Part shown: positions 52,319 to 64,000 of the stretch, one piece after another
Position numbering within the stretch: the first letter of the stretch is position 1
Layout of the letters: each line of letters begins with the position of its first letter
Source of the DNA: Obrimoposthia wandeli
Taxonomy: Eukaryota
Reading direction: 5' to 3'
NCBI GenBank assembly: GCA_977020255.1
Contig: CDROCS010001843.1
Location: forward strand, 124,001 to 188,000
DNA: 64,000 nucleotides
Translations under genes and position numbers: made by a program
Notes under the pieces: model-generated
Seen by the model: only the letters and a program-made list of their open reading frames with translations
Databases searched by the model: none
Told to the model about the DNA's origin: nothing

Positions 52319-52500
52319 TGGTTAATATAACTAAAGCATTGAATTTGATTGGACTAAATCCTTATTAAAAATCAAATTTGATTGGAAGAAATATATCATC
52401 CAATTATAATAGGTTTGCAAGATAATTACAAGAAACGTGCAATAAAAAAGCAGTTTCAGACATATATAAAGTAGATTTTACAGAATACAATTTTAGTCTA

Positions 52501-52915
52501 ATGAAAAACGTAGATATAAATTATAAAGGTAGAACAGAAGATGATGTTTCGTACTTACCATTCAATGAATGGAAGCCGAGACAATATGTGGAAAAGTTTG
52601 ACAATTTCACAGTTGTTATTTTTCCTACAGGTCAGTATTTTATTTTATTTTCATATTGAATTATTTTAGGAAATTGTCGTGTTATGAGATGCAAAATACC
52701 AATGCTTGGGTTCAATTTACCATTTGGAATTCGAATCACTGCAATACAATCAATCACGATTTCGGATAATCTTGGGAAACTGATAAATAATTTTAAAACT
52801 GCTGAGAAAATGAAAGAAGAATGCATGTTTGAACCAGAAAAATTTTGATTATCCAGACATTGTTGATTTGATTTTAGAAAATATATCTTATTACATCTTG
52901 TTATCTTTTCTATAA
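52501..52915 (+). pseudogene. second copy of the TBP-like gene (intron 52631-52669; second repeat core deleted)
   Basis: In-frame splice CCT ACA G|GA AAT; deletion after GAACCAGAA with GAAA(A)ATTTT microhomology. Confidence 0.78.
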
Positions 52916-53253
52916 ACAAACCCGTTTAAACTTATTGTTTCAAATGAATAATACTATAAATAGAGACAATGAAGTGGATCGTCTTGTCGACGAAATATTT
53001 TCTGGAAAAATTAGGGGTAAAGAAATTTTATCAGAATTAAAAAATAATGATATAACAAGAGATAACATTGAAATATTGGTAAGATCATACGTTATTCGAG
53101 AATTTAGAAATCGTTCACAAATAAATAAAATTATAGCCAAATATTCAATTATTAATTTTTGTATTTCATCTACAATAGCTCTAACATTGTACATTTCAAT
53201 AAGGAAACTTCTATGATAATATAAACAATATTAAAAATGAAAGAGTATATGCA

Positions 53254-53898
53254 ATGTAGCTAAATAATAATGCTGTATTTTAAATAGTTGGCCCTAGTGG
53301 AAGTTGAAAGACACATTTCGTCTGTAAATTGTTGCAAAATGAATCTATTTTCAAATCTAGTTTCAAAAATATTTATTGGCATCATGGTGGAGGAGGGGAA
53401 AGCGGGTTAACCAAAACAGAAGTTTGCAAGTTGAAGGGTATACAATTTATTGAAGGATTTGATGCAAATTGGTGTGAAAGATTGAAAAAAGAAGATGTAA
53501 TAATAATTGATGATTTGTATGAGGCTAACAAGGAATCGGACTTTAATAATTTATTTACAAAGATTGCAAGACATCGTGAAGTAACAGTTATATTTATCAC
53601 TCAAAATCTTTTTCACCAAGGAGGTCACCATAGAACAAGAAATCTTAATGTACATTACTTAGTTTTATTTAAAAATCCTAGAGATCAAACAGTTGTTAAT
53701 TTCGTGGCCAGACAGGCGTTTCCCCAAAATAAGAACTTTCTAGTTGATTCATTCCACGATGCTGCTAAACAAGCACATATGTATATATTTATTGACTTTA
53801 CACAAGCTTGCCCAGATGATTTACGTGTTTTAACATACATATTTAATTCTAAGGGAGTAACTGTTTATAAACAAATAGAGAACAATTATAAAAAATAA
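53254..53898 (+). pseudogene. Polinton packaging ATPase, full length but with three early nonsense codons
   Basis: Same motifs as 9081; TAG, TAA and TGA (the last in Walker A) relative to copy A1. Confidence 0.9.
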
Positions 53899-54077
53899 AT
53901 TCGCAATGCCTTTTACAAAGTTGATAGTAAAACGTAAAGTAAAATCTAAGAAATAAAAAAAATTGAATCATTAAGAAAAAAGAAGTAAAAAATTTTAAAA
54001 AATATGTAGTTAGAAATAAAAAAAAACTTAAATGGCTTCGAATATAAACAATATTCAAATTGAACCTTTTTATTAAA

Positions 54078-54407
54078 ATGAAGAAATTACAAAGAAGCAT
54101 ACCTTATTTTAAAGCTTTAGTCAAAGCCTCTTCTCATAAGAGAATGCTTATTATTAAAGCATTTCCATCCTTTGTTGTAGATGATTTATTGGAAGTTTTG
54201 TATAATATAGTTTTGGGTCGAGTAAAAGTTGGAAAACGGAAAAATATATTAAAGAAATATAGAAAAACTCTTCTAGATATTGCTAATGTAAAAAGTAAAA
54301 AAAGGAAACGAAATATTATTACTAAACAGAATGGTGGTTTCATAGAAGCTGTTATTTCAGTTGATGCTTCAATTATCAGTAGTATTATAGCTGCGACACG
54401 TTCATAA
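54078..54407 (+). CDS. conserved small basic Polinton protein with QNGGF motif
   Basis: DDLLEVLYNIVLG..LKKYRKTL..KQNGGF; canonical position between ATPase and integrase. Confidence 0.7.
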   Translation: MKKLQRSIPYFKALVKASSHKRMLIIKAFPSFVVDDLLEVLYNIVLGRVKVGKRKNILKKYRKTLLDIANVKSKKRKRNIITKQNGGFIEAVISVDASIISSIIAATRS

Positions 54408-54493
54408 ACAATTATTTATAAAATCAGCTAAAGATATGGGTGCTAGCCCTTCTTTACTTAAACGTAAATTGTCTTTCTATTCAAATTGTTGTA

Positions 54494-55519
54494 ATGGAGA
54501 AGATATGGTTCAATCCAAAAGATCCAATTGGCTACACAGGAGTTTCAAAATTAGCAAAAAGAACAAAACAAAATTACAAGAAAACGCAGAAATGGCTGAG
54601 CGACCAGTTAGCCTACAGTCTAAACAAGCCGACGAGAAGAAGGTTTCCAACTAGAGCTTACAAAACCAGCAGTCCTAATAATTTATGGCAAATGGATTTG
54701 ATGGAGATGATCCCATATTCTTCCATTAATAAGGGATATCGATATATTTTAACATGTATTGATGTATTTAGCAGGTTTGCTCGTGCAATTCCCGTTAAAG
54801 CAAAGTCTTCAATAGCTATCCTTGAAGCCATTAAAGAAATATTAAAAGAGGACATTCCACAAAATGTGCATACTGATTTAGGAAAAGAATTTTATAATAA
54901 GCAAGTTCAATCTTTATTTAAACAAAATAATATAAATCACTACTCTGTGTTTTCACAGTACAAAGCAGCAGTAGTAGAAAGATTTAATCGTACTTTAAGA
55001 GATCGAATAACAAAGCATTTCACAAAAGGAAATAAAAAATGGATCCAAGTTTTACCTCAAATAATACATGCATATAATCACTCTGAACATAGAGGTCTCA
55101 AGGGAATGAGACCTGTTGATGTTACTAATAAAAACTCTATGGACATTTGGATGAACATAAATAAAAAAGATAAAATTAAAAAAGCTAAATATAAGAAAAA
55201 CGAATATGTTCGAATTTCGAAAATTAGCTCTACTCCATTTATTAAAAACTTTGATCAGAATTGGAGCGATGAAATATTTTGTATAAGTAAAATTGATCAA
55301 AAGAGTAATCCAATAATGTATACTATTAAAGATGCTGACAATAATATCGTTCACGGTAAATTTTACGAGCAAGAACTACAAGTAATATCAAATAAACCTA
55401 GCGTTTTCTGTATTCAAAAAATATTAAAATCTAAGGGTACAGGTAAACATAAACAATACTTTGTTAAATGGCATAGTTATTCAGACCCAACTTGGATATC
55501 AGTATCTAATATAATATGA
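54494..55519 (+). CDS. Polinton retroviral-like (rve) integrase with C-terminal chromodomain-like region
   Basis: DDE triad WQMDL / VHTDLGKEF / VVERFNRTL; C-terminal KILKSKG..QYFVKW; ORF open. Confidence 0.93.
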   Translation: MEKIWFNPKDPIGYTGVSKLAKRTKQNYKKTQKWLSDQLAYSLNKPTRRRFPTRAYKTSSPNNLWQMDLMEMIPYSSINKGYRYILTCIDVFSRFARAIPVKAKSSIAILEAIKEILKEDIPQNVHTDLGKEFYNKQVQSLFKQNNINHYSVFSQYKAAVVERFNRTLRDRITKHFTKGNKKWIQVLPQIIHAYNHSEHRGLKGMRPVDVTNKNSMDIWMNINKKDKIKKAKYKKNEYVRISKISSTPFIKNFDQNWSDEIFCISKIDQKSNPIMYTIKDADNNIVHGKFYEQELQVISNKPSVFCIQKILKSKGTGKHKQYFVKWHSYSDPTWISVSNII

Positions 55520-56563
55520 ATTCTATGTATATGGTATGTATATGTCCGAAGACTCAACCAGATAATGACGCTAGTAGCTTTATTATCGATTGGGAAAATT
55601 CTATAAATCTCCAAGGAGAATGGGAAGCGGCTTTAACAGAATTTTCTTTTTATTATTCTCCAATTACTATCAAAAAAACTCACATATTTCGTTTACAAAA
55701 GAAGTTGATCATGAAAAAACAACTGAAGTTGTGATCGTGTTTGATAGTAAAGGACAATTCTATTACAATTGTATAGATAAAGAAGTGAAAGTAATATTTG
55801 AAAATAATAACATTCAGATTTAAAAATCGATTAAAATATCTTCAAGTTATTAAAATAAACTTTGAATCTAAAAAAGAAGCTCTTCAATTCAGTTTTGATA
55901 GTGAACAAACAGTAGCTCGTAATAAACGGGATATAGCCTCATCTAAATCGTTTAAAAATGTTCCTGATACAGTAACAAAAGTGTTTTTAGTTGAAACGAG
56001 ACCAAAGTATGTAGTGGAACTGAAAACGTTTTCAAAAGATTATAAAATAGATAGTGAAGTGAATTTCTGTAAATTAATACAGAAGGAATGTAGTGAATAT
56101 TTGGATAAATGTGTAATATTAAATGGTAAATTAACGTTTACGGTAAAGAGCAACATAAAACGGGTTTTATTTGATGATAAACTAACTAAAAACCTTGATT
56201 TAAATAGATATACCTTTGAAACCCATACAATAAAAACCATAAAAGCTAAAAATAAGGCAAAACCTTTAAATGTCATTAATCATTTATATATTATACTAAT
56301 TTAATAGAATCAACGCTTGTAGGAGGACAATGAGTTCCACTTTTGAGAACAATATGGATTTCTCAAAATGAAACTGAAGATTGGACGTTGTCGGTATGTG
56401 TATAGATCAACCAATGTATCTTCCAGTTGCTCTCTTTTCTATAAACAAAATTGAAGTAAATATTAGAGATAATCCCGGACAACTAATAGATTTCACGTAC
56501 GGGGCCAAGACAAGTTTAACAATACATTTAAGAAAACAAAATGGTGAATCCAGCGATAATTGA
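55516..56563 (+). pseudogene. Polinton minor capsid (PX), frameshifted
   Basis: N-terminal ..LQGEWEAALTEF motif and C-terminal motifs as in copy A1, split over three frames. Confidence 0.8.
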
Positions 56564-56915
56564 GGCTTATAGTCAAAGCCAGCAAGGTGGAGAATTACCA
56601 TATTTTGTTGGTAAACAATATGGATCTGGCTGGCTTAGAACATTAGGTAGATTTGTTTTTTTTACTTTTAAGGAGACTCGGGCGGTTTATATCAAAATTA
56701 GGAAAGGATTACCTTTCATCTAATGACAATAAACTAATACCAACTTTTAAGAAGCATGCGCTTGATGAACTTAATAATGTTTTACCTGAAGTTGCTAATT
56801 TGATTAGAAAAGGTAAATCAAATAAAAGCTAAGGAGGAAGTGGATTTAAACGTAAAAAGAAGCAAAGAATTAATATAAACAAACGTAAGAAAGTTGAAGG
56901 AACAATATTTGCAAA

Positions 56916-57650
56916 ATGAATTGCGCCAAAATTGAATTGTGTATTTTTGATAAACCACTTCCACAAGTAGTTGTAGATAATGCTTCCTTTGAAGAAATAT
57001 TTCTAGTTAACTCAGTTTCAGGAACCACTTTAACCGATTTAGAATTTAATATTAATGGATCCAATAGCGAGTATTTAGATTTGAATGATACTTTGCTTTA
57101 TGTTCAAATAAAAGTATTAAATCGGGATAGTACTAATTTAGAGAAAAATGCAGATGTAACACCTGTAAATTATATCTTTAATTCTTTATTTAGTGATGCC
57201 ATTGTTACTCTTAATAATGTCAAAATTGAAGGTGGAAATTCTTCATATGCTCATAAGGCTTTGATTGAAAGTCTTTTGAATTATAGTACTGATACTCAAA
57301 AAACTAATTTGGCAACCATTGGTTATGACGAAACGGTTGCAACTCGTAAAGAATGGATTGCGGGTTCTAAAGCTTACGAAATGTGTGGGTCTTTGAGATT
57401 GTATTTCTTTTGACAACCGAAATATTTAATTCCCGGTGTTAATGTACATCTTCGTTTGAAACGTAATAAATGGAATTTTTCTTTGATAAGCACAGACGTT
57501 CTAAACCTAGACTTGATATTTTGGATGCAAAATTGTATGTCCGAAGAGTTAAAACCGAGCAATCAGTTTTAATGGCTCATAATATAGGAATGGAAAAAAA
57601 CAATGCTTGTTATCCTATTAGAGAAACTAAACTTATATCCTATTCTTTAG
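56916..57650 (+). pseudogene. Polinton major capsid protein, truncated
   Basis: Near-identical to the first two-thirds of 10615-11840; homology stops at TATTCTTTAG (57650). Confidence 0.88.
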
Positions 57651-58329
57651 GCCTCTCAGGACCTTCCTCACGTTTTTGGGAGCACTTTGAGATTTTCAAT
57701 TTTAAAGGGGTTAATTAATTTTTTTGAGTGCTGGGTGGGGGGTAGAAAATTTCACTCCACACACATGCGCGGTTTTAAAGGACAGGGGGTGTGGATTAGA
57801 CCGGACACATCCACCTACTGCCCCTATATCCATTATTTCATTAATTCTCGATTTTCCATCCATTACAATGATGTAAGATTGTGGATTTTGATACTGTAAA
57901 CAGATTCTACATCTTTGGTTGTTGATTGAAAGTATTGGGAAAATGAAAATTGACTATTTTTAAATATATCTCAGACAACTAAAAAATAATATTATGAAAA
58001 GTAATACTACATAAGATAAACATGTTTGGTAACGTATCAGTTCGTATTTTCAAATAAAACATATTCGAGTTAAAACCTTTTTAAAATATTAAAAATAAAG
58101 TTTTATGAAAGTAAAAATGAAATAGCAAATGCAATGGAGTTTGAAATCTTAATTATTTGGGATTTACTGGATTTAGGAGACCATGTTGTAGTGATAATTA
58201 AAATGTATCTAGTTATGTAATCAGAAGCCGGAAATACCATACTGAGATAATTTGTTTAGAAAGTCATACATAAATGAATAAATCTTCTGTTTGTAAAATC
58301 TGACTCTTTGAATTAACTCTACGATGAAA

Positions 58330-59150
58330 AACGATACCTGGCCATCATGTCAAAATAAAAGTATTGACAAGAAATCAATCAAGGAAAAATATTCCGGAGT
58401 ATCTTCCAAAAGAAACTGAAATTATGTTGCATTAAAACATAAGAAGATAAGATGGGACGAGTTCAAAGGAAGGTGAGAAGTGGATAAAAAAGAGATGGTT
58501 GACGCAAATGATCTTACTATTTGCTGTAGTCAGATGAAGTGGCATTATATTTTGACAGGATGCAAGTGAAACGGTAAATTTAAAAATTGAAGCCAAAAAT
58601 GGCTTGAAGAAAATTTATTAGAAAATAAATCCATTGTTGATAAAGTATGCGAACTCGCAAATGTGAAACAAGTAGAAGGCGAATGTTTCTCAGCATTTAT
58701 CATTTCAGTTAGAAAACTCATTATGCCATAATGGAAAGCAATGGTAGCAAAGATGAGCTGACTGATGCTTTTATTGAAATCGCAGAGGTCAAAAGAAGAA
58801 CTAGAGGCTTAAGGTTTATAGCGAAATTGAGAAAAAGAAAACCGAGATCGTACAAGTCCATAATACATATGCTAATTCTTTAAAAAAGAATACAACCGTC
58901 CTTATGGCTCAAGCAATACGAAGAAAAACTCAGTGCTAGTATCAGTATACCCCAAAGAAAGAAGATGTGTTAATGAAGAAATATACACATAAATAGGAAT
59001 GGACAAAACAAAAATAATATCACAAATGGTGAGATTTTCCTTAAAACAAACGGCTAAAAGGAAATATAACTTATCCAAAGGACTACCTGTAACACAAAGT
59101 GAAGAACTTCAGCCAGGAGCATGTTTTTGTTGTGGTAAAAAAAAGATAAT
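58330..59150 (+). pseudogene. degraded LTR-retrotransposon gag-like relic
   Basis: Fragmented coding-like sequence ending in GACFCCGKK, a partial zinc knuckle. Confidence 0.4.
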
Positions 59151-59548
59151 TTTTTGAAAAATGTATTTCAGATGAATTAAAAAGGATTATCCGTACCTTA
59201 ATTATTCGAAAAATGTTGCAATCCTAAAATTATAAAAACTCCATAAACACGTGTACAAACAAGGATTCGTCTTTTTACTACATTTTAATTTTAATGTTTA
59301 TAATTTTATTATAACATACCAGAATCATATATAGTTTGGAGAAACTACTGTCAATTGAAGTGCCTATCTAAGTTATATATATATATATATCTACTGAGTA
59401 GTTTATTACATTTGCTTCTCATAAAGTATTAAATCGAGCATGCAATTAAGAGCATTTTAATGGAAGTATGGTATACATCTGATGTATATCGTCCTTAGTT
59501 GAAGACAGTGTAAACTGTGAAGGAATAATTTCCCAAGAAACCACTCAC

Positions 59549-59684
59549 CATACCATCAGCAAGCCCACCACAGCGGCAACGGTCATCGGACCCATCTTGT
59601 ACTGGACTTCAGTTTCACCCTTGTGGCCACATCGTGGGCAAGTGATCTCAATGGCGTGACCTTTCTTCACTCTATCCATTTGTT
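59549..59684 (-). CDS. LITAF-domain N-half exon
   Basis: Acceptor ATACAG|AA, donor TG|GTGAGT; AIEITCPRCGHKGETEVQYKMGPMTVAAVVGLLMV is the first CxxC plus the hydrophobic segment. Confidence 0.82.
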
Positions 59685-61390
59685 CTGTATAAAAACTTTC
59701 ATAAATCACGGGTATACATTTTATAAAAAGACATTCTACTGAAGGAGATGTCATTACTTAGGAAATTATAAAATTTCAACCATATTTTTTGTGCAAAAAC
59801 AAAAAATTGCATTATACATATAAAAGTTTATTAAAAATCTGTTCGGGCATGAAAACCACTCATCGGTAGTAACGGAAAATGAAAATAGCTGTCAAGTTTG
59901 ATAACAGTAAGATTACAACTTGACTTGATTTGAAATTAAAAGATTTTTTTTATTGATTAGTTTCTGGTCAGGCCTAAATATTTTAAGATTTATTTAGTGA
60001 AAATGATGCCTGTGATTATGTCTTGTAATAAGAATTCTCATAATAAAGTACAATGGTGACTTTTGAGGTCTTGGTTATTGTGCCAAACAAAGCAAAGGAG
60101 TCTGTGTTAAGTATACTTTTGTATATTTATGTTATGATAAAAAGCAAAACATATTAAAGTTAATAATTATTTGTAATACGTTTTTGATTTTTTTTGTAAA
60201 TATTAATTAAATTAATATTGTTAGAATAGAAAAGTTTAAAATAAATAATAAAATGAATATAGAAATAGGCAAGGAATAACCTCTAAATGAAGATTATAAA
60301 TTTTAGAAAATTAAATTAATTCAAATAAATTAAATTACAAAACTTACTTAATTTAGGACCTTGAAAAAGTCATAAAAATGTGTTTATAAGTAAAAGAAAA
60401 AGTGTTAAAAAAAGCCGTAGAAGAATTAAAAAAAGAAGCGAGAAAAAGTGTTCTGAGGAAAATTTTGCGAAAATTCACACTAGTGAAGTTATGAAATCTG
60501 CATAAAATTCACATTAAGTGAAAGTTTCACATCCACAACGAGATTACAAATTACAGTCAGCGACTGTAAACATCCGGTCTTTAGTCAAGCGAAATTCATT
60601 CGTTCACCTGGCATATCACATCGACTGCCGATCACCCCAGCGATATCCAGCCTCGGGTTCTAACCACCGGATCAGTTATAACCTACATCCGGTATCGTCT
60701 ATCGGATATTGTCAGGCCAGTTCACAGGATTCCAGTCAAGTACATAAAGGACGATACTTACCATTTTAAGCACAATTTAAATAGTTACAAATAAATTGAA
60801 TACGAAGAATTAGAAGAAGATTGATTGTAAGCAGAACTAGAAGAGTTGAAACATAATTTAGAAACATATATGTGGACCATTGACGACCATACTTCCAATA
60901 TTTTGTTTAAAAAATTATAAAATCTGACTTGAAGATAGCTTGATGGAGTAGAAATATTTGAACATATCATCAAATTGTATGTATGGTTTTGTATATTTCA
61001 ATATCTGCAACATATATTTGTGTATATGTTTATATTCAAAATTATCTTTATTACTAGAATTGTTACCTTCGAATCATGCGCGTGGAAACCTGGTGTTCTC
61101 TACAGGGAAGTGTACAAATCTCGGAAAACGGTCACCTTACACAACGCACCAATCTTGTTCAGAGGTTACCAGCTGTGAAATGAATGAAGAACTTCGACTT
61201 TCTCATTGGAGCCATGATTGTCTAAATCCCAGATTTTCAAGCCCAGAAACAGGGATAGACTTATGCACTAGTAGAACTATACGCAAGTACATACAGCAGT
61301 TTCTTTAGAAAATTCAAAATTAATGTTGACTAAATCATTACTGGCACGGTTCATTTTCATTAAATAATTATTTAATTAGTTTATACTTAC

Positions 61391-61794
61391 CATTAGTTAG
61401 GACCATTGGCTTGTATACTTTTGGTTGCTCAGCTGTTTCAGCTTCCGCAACGACTGATGGTTCCTTTTCTTCTTCAACTTCCTCTTCTTCCTCCTCTTCC
61501 GGCTCTTCAATATCGGGCTCTGTTTCAGGCTTTGGTGGTGGAGGTGGTGGAGGTGGTGGTGGTGGAGGTGGTGGTGGAGGTGGTGGTGGTGGAGGTGGTG
61601 GTTTACCAACTTTAGTTTTCGGTGGGGGTACTTTGGCCGCTACAGAGCGTTGCGGTGGTTTCTTATTTGCCGCCTTTGGAACGGAAATAGGCATTTTCTT
61701 GACAGTTAACATGGGGAATTTATTCAGATCATCTTTCTGGTCGATAGGAACCACCTCAGCGAAATAGTGTCGATCTCCGCGGCAACATTGACAT
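61391..61794 (-). CDS. proline-rich/acidic exon upstream of the LITAF domain
   Basis: Acceptor TTCAG|A and donor AATG|GTAAGT (phase 1) join exon 59684 in frame; polyproline tract is typical of LITAF-family N-termini. Confidence 0.72.
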
Positions 61795-62649
61795 CTGAAC
61801 GAAATCAAATTGTTCAATTGTACATTATTCAATTCAACTGTATCATATGCGATGATTAAGTCAAATGACCTTATTAAACTCAAATTTACGAGGTCTGAAA
61901 TATGTATTTTATGGAGGACATAAATGCACTTTTTAAAAAGCTCCCTAGACACTAAAAGATATTTTTGATTTTACATAGGGTAGTTTTCATGTAAGCGAAA
62001 TAATATGTTAGAGATATAAAAATACAAAAATTCTATTTAGCTTTCGGCCATTTTGGACCATATCAAATTGTGTTATTTTAGGGTGTTCAAACCTTGCTAA
62101 TAACTCGAGTTTACGGGGTTAATCCCACAATTGATAAATATGTTTTAAAGATAGTACAAATTCAATAATACGATTATGCAAAGTATATAAGTGAAAGCTG
62201 CCATTAGACAAAAACGGAAAGACTCGTAAGACATATCGATAAAGTGTTATTTTAGAAAAAAAGAAAAAATTCACCCACACATGTTAGATATTAAAAATCT
62301 GAATTAGCAAACGAATGAGTTCTACCTTAATAAATGTACCTTACAAGTTTCTGCTTCATAGGATTTGAAGAACAGTTTTCCGATGAAAGAAATAATTAAA
62401 ATATTTTTTCTAAAGCTTACACTTGCAGAGTTATCAAATCAATTGCTTATATAGTTTCTAGTTGTCATGTGTGGTGGGGTGTGATAGACAGACCTTGGCA
62501 TGGAATGTAGCCACCTCGACAATAAATGTTAATTTAGCAGATTTTAGATTAATTAATAAAAAAAATTTCCAAGCCAGAGTTGCATCAAATTCCCTTTTAT
62601 GGTTTTAGAATAAAATAAACAAATGCAAAACAAAACTGTGAACTGTTTC

Positions 62650-63160
62650 TGTCATTGTGTCAAATATTCCAGAAGAGGAAAAAGCAGACGGTAAAAGGAG
62701 TGGTATTGTACCGATGCGAACTAATACATTAATAGCGATGGTCAAGTTGATTTAATCAACTTCCGTACTGTTTCGGATTGTAAGATCACTTTACGAAATT
62801 TGTACAACTACGGCCTTCAGAGTCTAAGAGAGGTGCTGAAGTCACAGTTCAGTTCGTATCTATCTTCAGCATTTTGGAGTTAAAGTAATTTTGAAGAGCG
62901 ACAATGGCAGAGAATTTGTTTCTGGTGAAGTTGGCAATTTGAAGCAAATAGTTCATAGTCGTCCAAGACACCATCGGGCTCAGGGTAGCGCTGAAAGATC
63001 CAACGTTGACATTCAAGATATGCTCAATGTATGAATGGAATGAAACAACTCAAAACGTTCGTTAATCGATTGCTCATTCGTACAGTTTTAGAAACATACC
63101 GCATTGAATAGTGGAATAAAAACCAGTCCGTATGAAGCTCTTTTTGGTCAGCTTGCAAAA
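62650..63160 (+). pseudogene. Ginger2/KRBA2-SCAND3-like integrase (transposase) relic
   Basis: GQVDLIN, DHFTKFVQLRP, ILKSDNGREF, SRPRHHRAQGSAERSN, SPYEALFG across several frames. Confidence 0.72.
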
Positions 63161-64000
63161 GTTGGCCTCCTCGCTTTATCTACTAGTTCACAACAATAAT
63201 TTGATAAAAAGTGAAATATTTAGCAGTCTAAAACTGAGGATCCAGTGAAAGTAGCATATATATATATATATATATATGGCAGATTAATGACACTTTATTT
63301 TAAAATATCCGTATGTAAAAGAAAACTGCTCCCTCTTGAAGATGTCACAGTAAATCCATCAAAAAGCCTGAGAAAAATCATAATGCAAAGAGCAATGTCA
63401 CTGGAGGTCAAAATTTTAGTCTGCAATTGTAGTTTTGGAGAACAATGAAAAACCAAAACTGAATGGTGTACCAGACATTGTCTTAACTCATTGACTTGTA
63501 GTAATAAATTGTGATGTATTCATATGGCATTTATTCATGCATATTAAAACTATTTAGTTAAAAAATGGCTTATAATTTGAATTTGTTTTTCATAAAGAAC
63601 CACTTAGGAATTATGCCTATTTCCGTTTACATTTTTACATCTACAAAACTGGTTCTCATGGATTAACTAATGATTTTAATCTAACATGTAAAAGTAATGA
63701 CCATTTGAAAATTCTTTGGGATATTAAAATACTCCAAAATCAGTTAATGTTTTCATTGACTTTGTTTTGCTGTTCACATAAACTAAGCATGCTTACAGAG
63801 TTCTTTAATATTATTTTCCACTTGTGACAAAGAGCTACCAGTCTACTTTCGTAGATTTCCATAACACTGCTGAACAAAAAAATAAAGTTTTACGGAGTTT
63901 TTTTTCTACCCTTAATTCAAAAATAATATTCTTTTTTATATCACATACCATTTTTTTTAAACAGCAAATTACAAATTCCAAATAAGTCTAGATGTATTAC

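Larger units (their letters stand above)
51553..57819 (+). mobile_element. Polinton/Maverick family A, copy A2 (lacks own left TIR; major capsid gene truncated; short right end)
   Basis: Collinear with A1 from position 7421; additionally retains the integrase; ends ...ACATCCACCTACT at 57819. Confidence 0.92.

Noticed and set aside
46823-57825. 46829-57819 as one cleanly inserted element
   Set aside because: The flanks AACCCT and GCCCCT do not form a 6-bp TSD, and an extra terminus plus a gap lie inside

Overview
AT-rich eukaryotic genomic DNA, probably flatworm (triclad-like 18S fragment, very short introns), with one assembly gap at 50820-51397. The window is a nest of Polinton/Maverick-type elements from at least three families, all ending in AGTAG. 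Family A has two defective copies (7047-~12318 and 51553-57819) plus a further arm (46829-50819) and encodes a packaging ATPase, rve integrase, minor and major capsid proteins, an adenain-type protease and an unexpected TBP-like gene. Family B (15577-22367, minus strand) carries GC-rich multi-exon genes and a truncated pPolB N-terminus. Family C is a 3175-bp non-autonomous element with TIRs and a perfect 6-bp TSD (36025-39199). Polinton genes in all three families contain 38-47-nt GT-AG introns. Also present are an RLE-type (NeSL/R2-superfamily) non-LTR retrotransposon between A and B, Gypsy, hAT, pogo and Ginger2-like relics, and an 18S rDNA fragment. A host LITAF-domain gene on the minus strand has one N-half exon that is phase-compatible with three paralogous C-half terminal exons over about 35 kb. 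All calls come from reading the sequence and from recalled family motifs; no searches were run.
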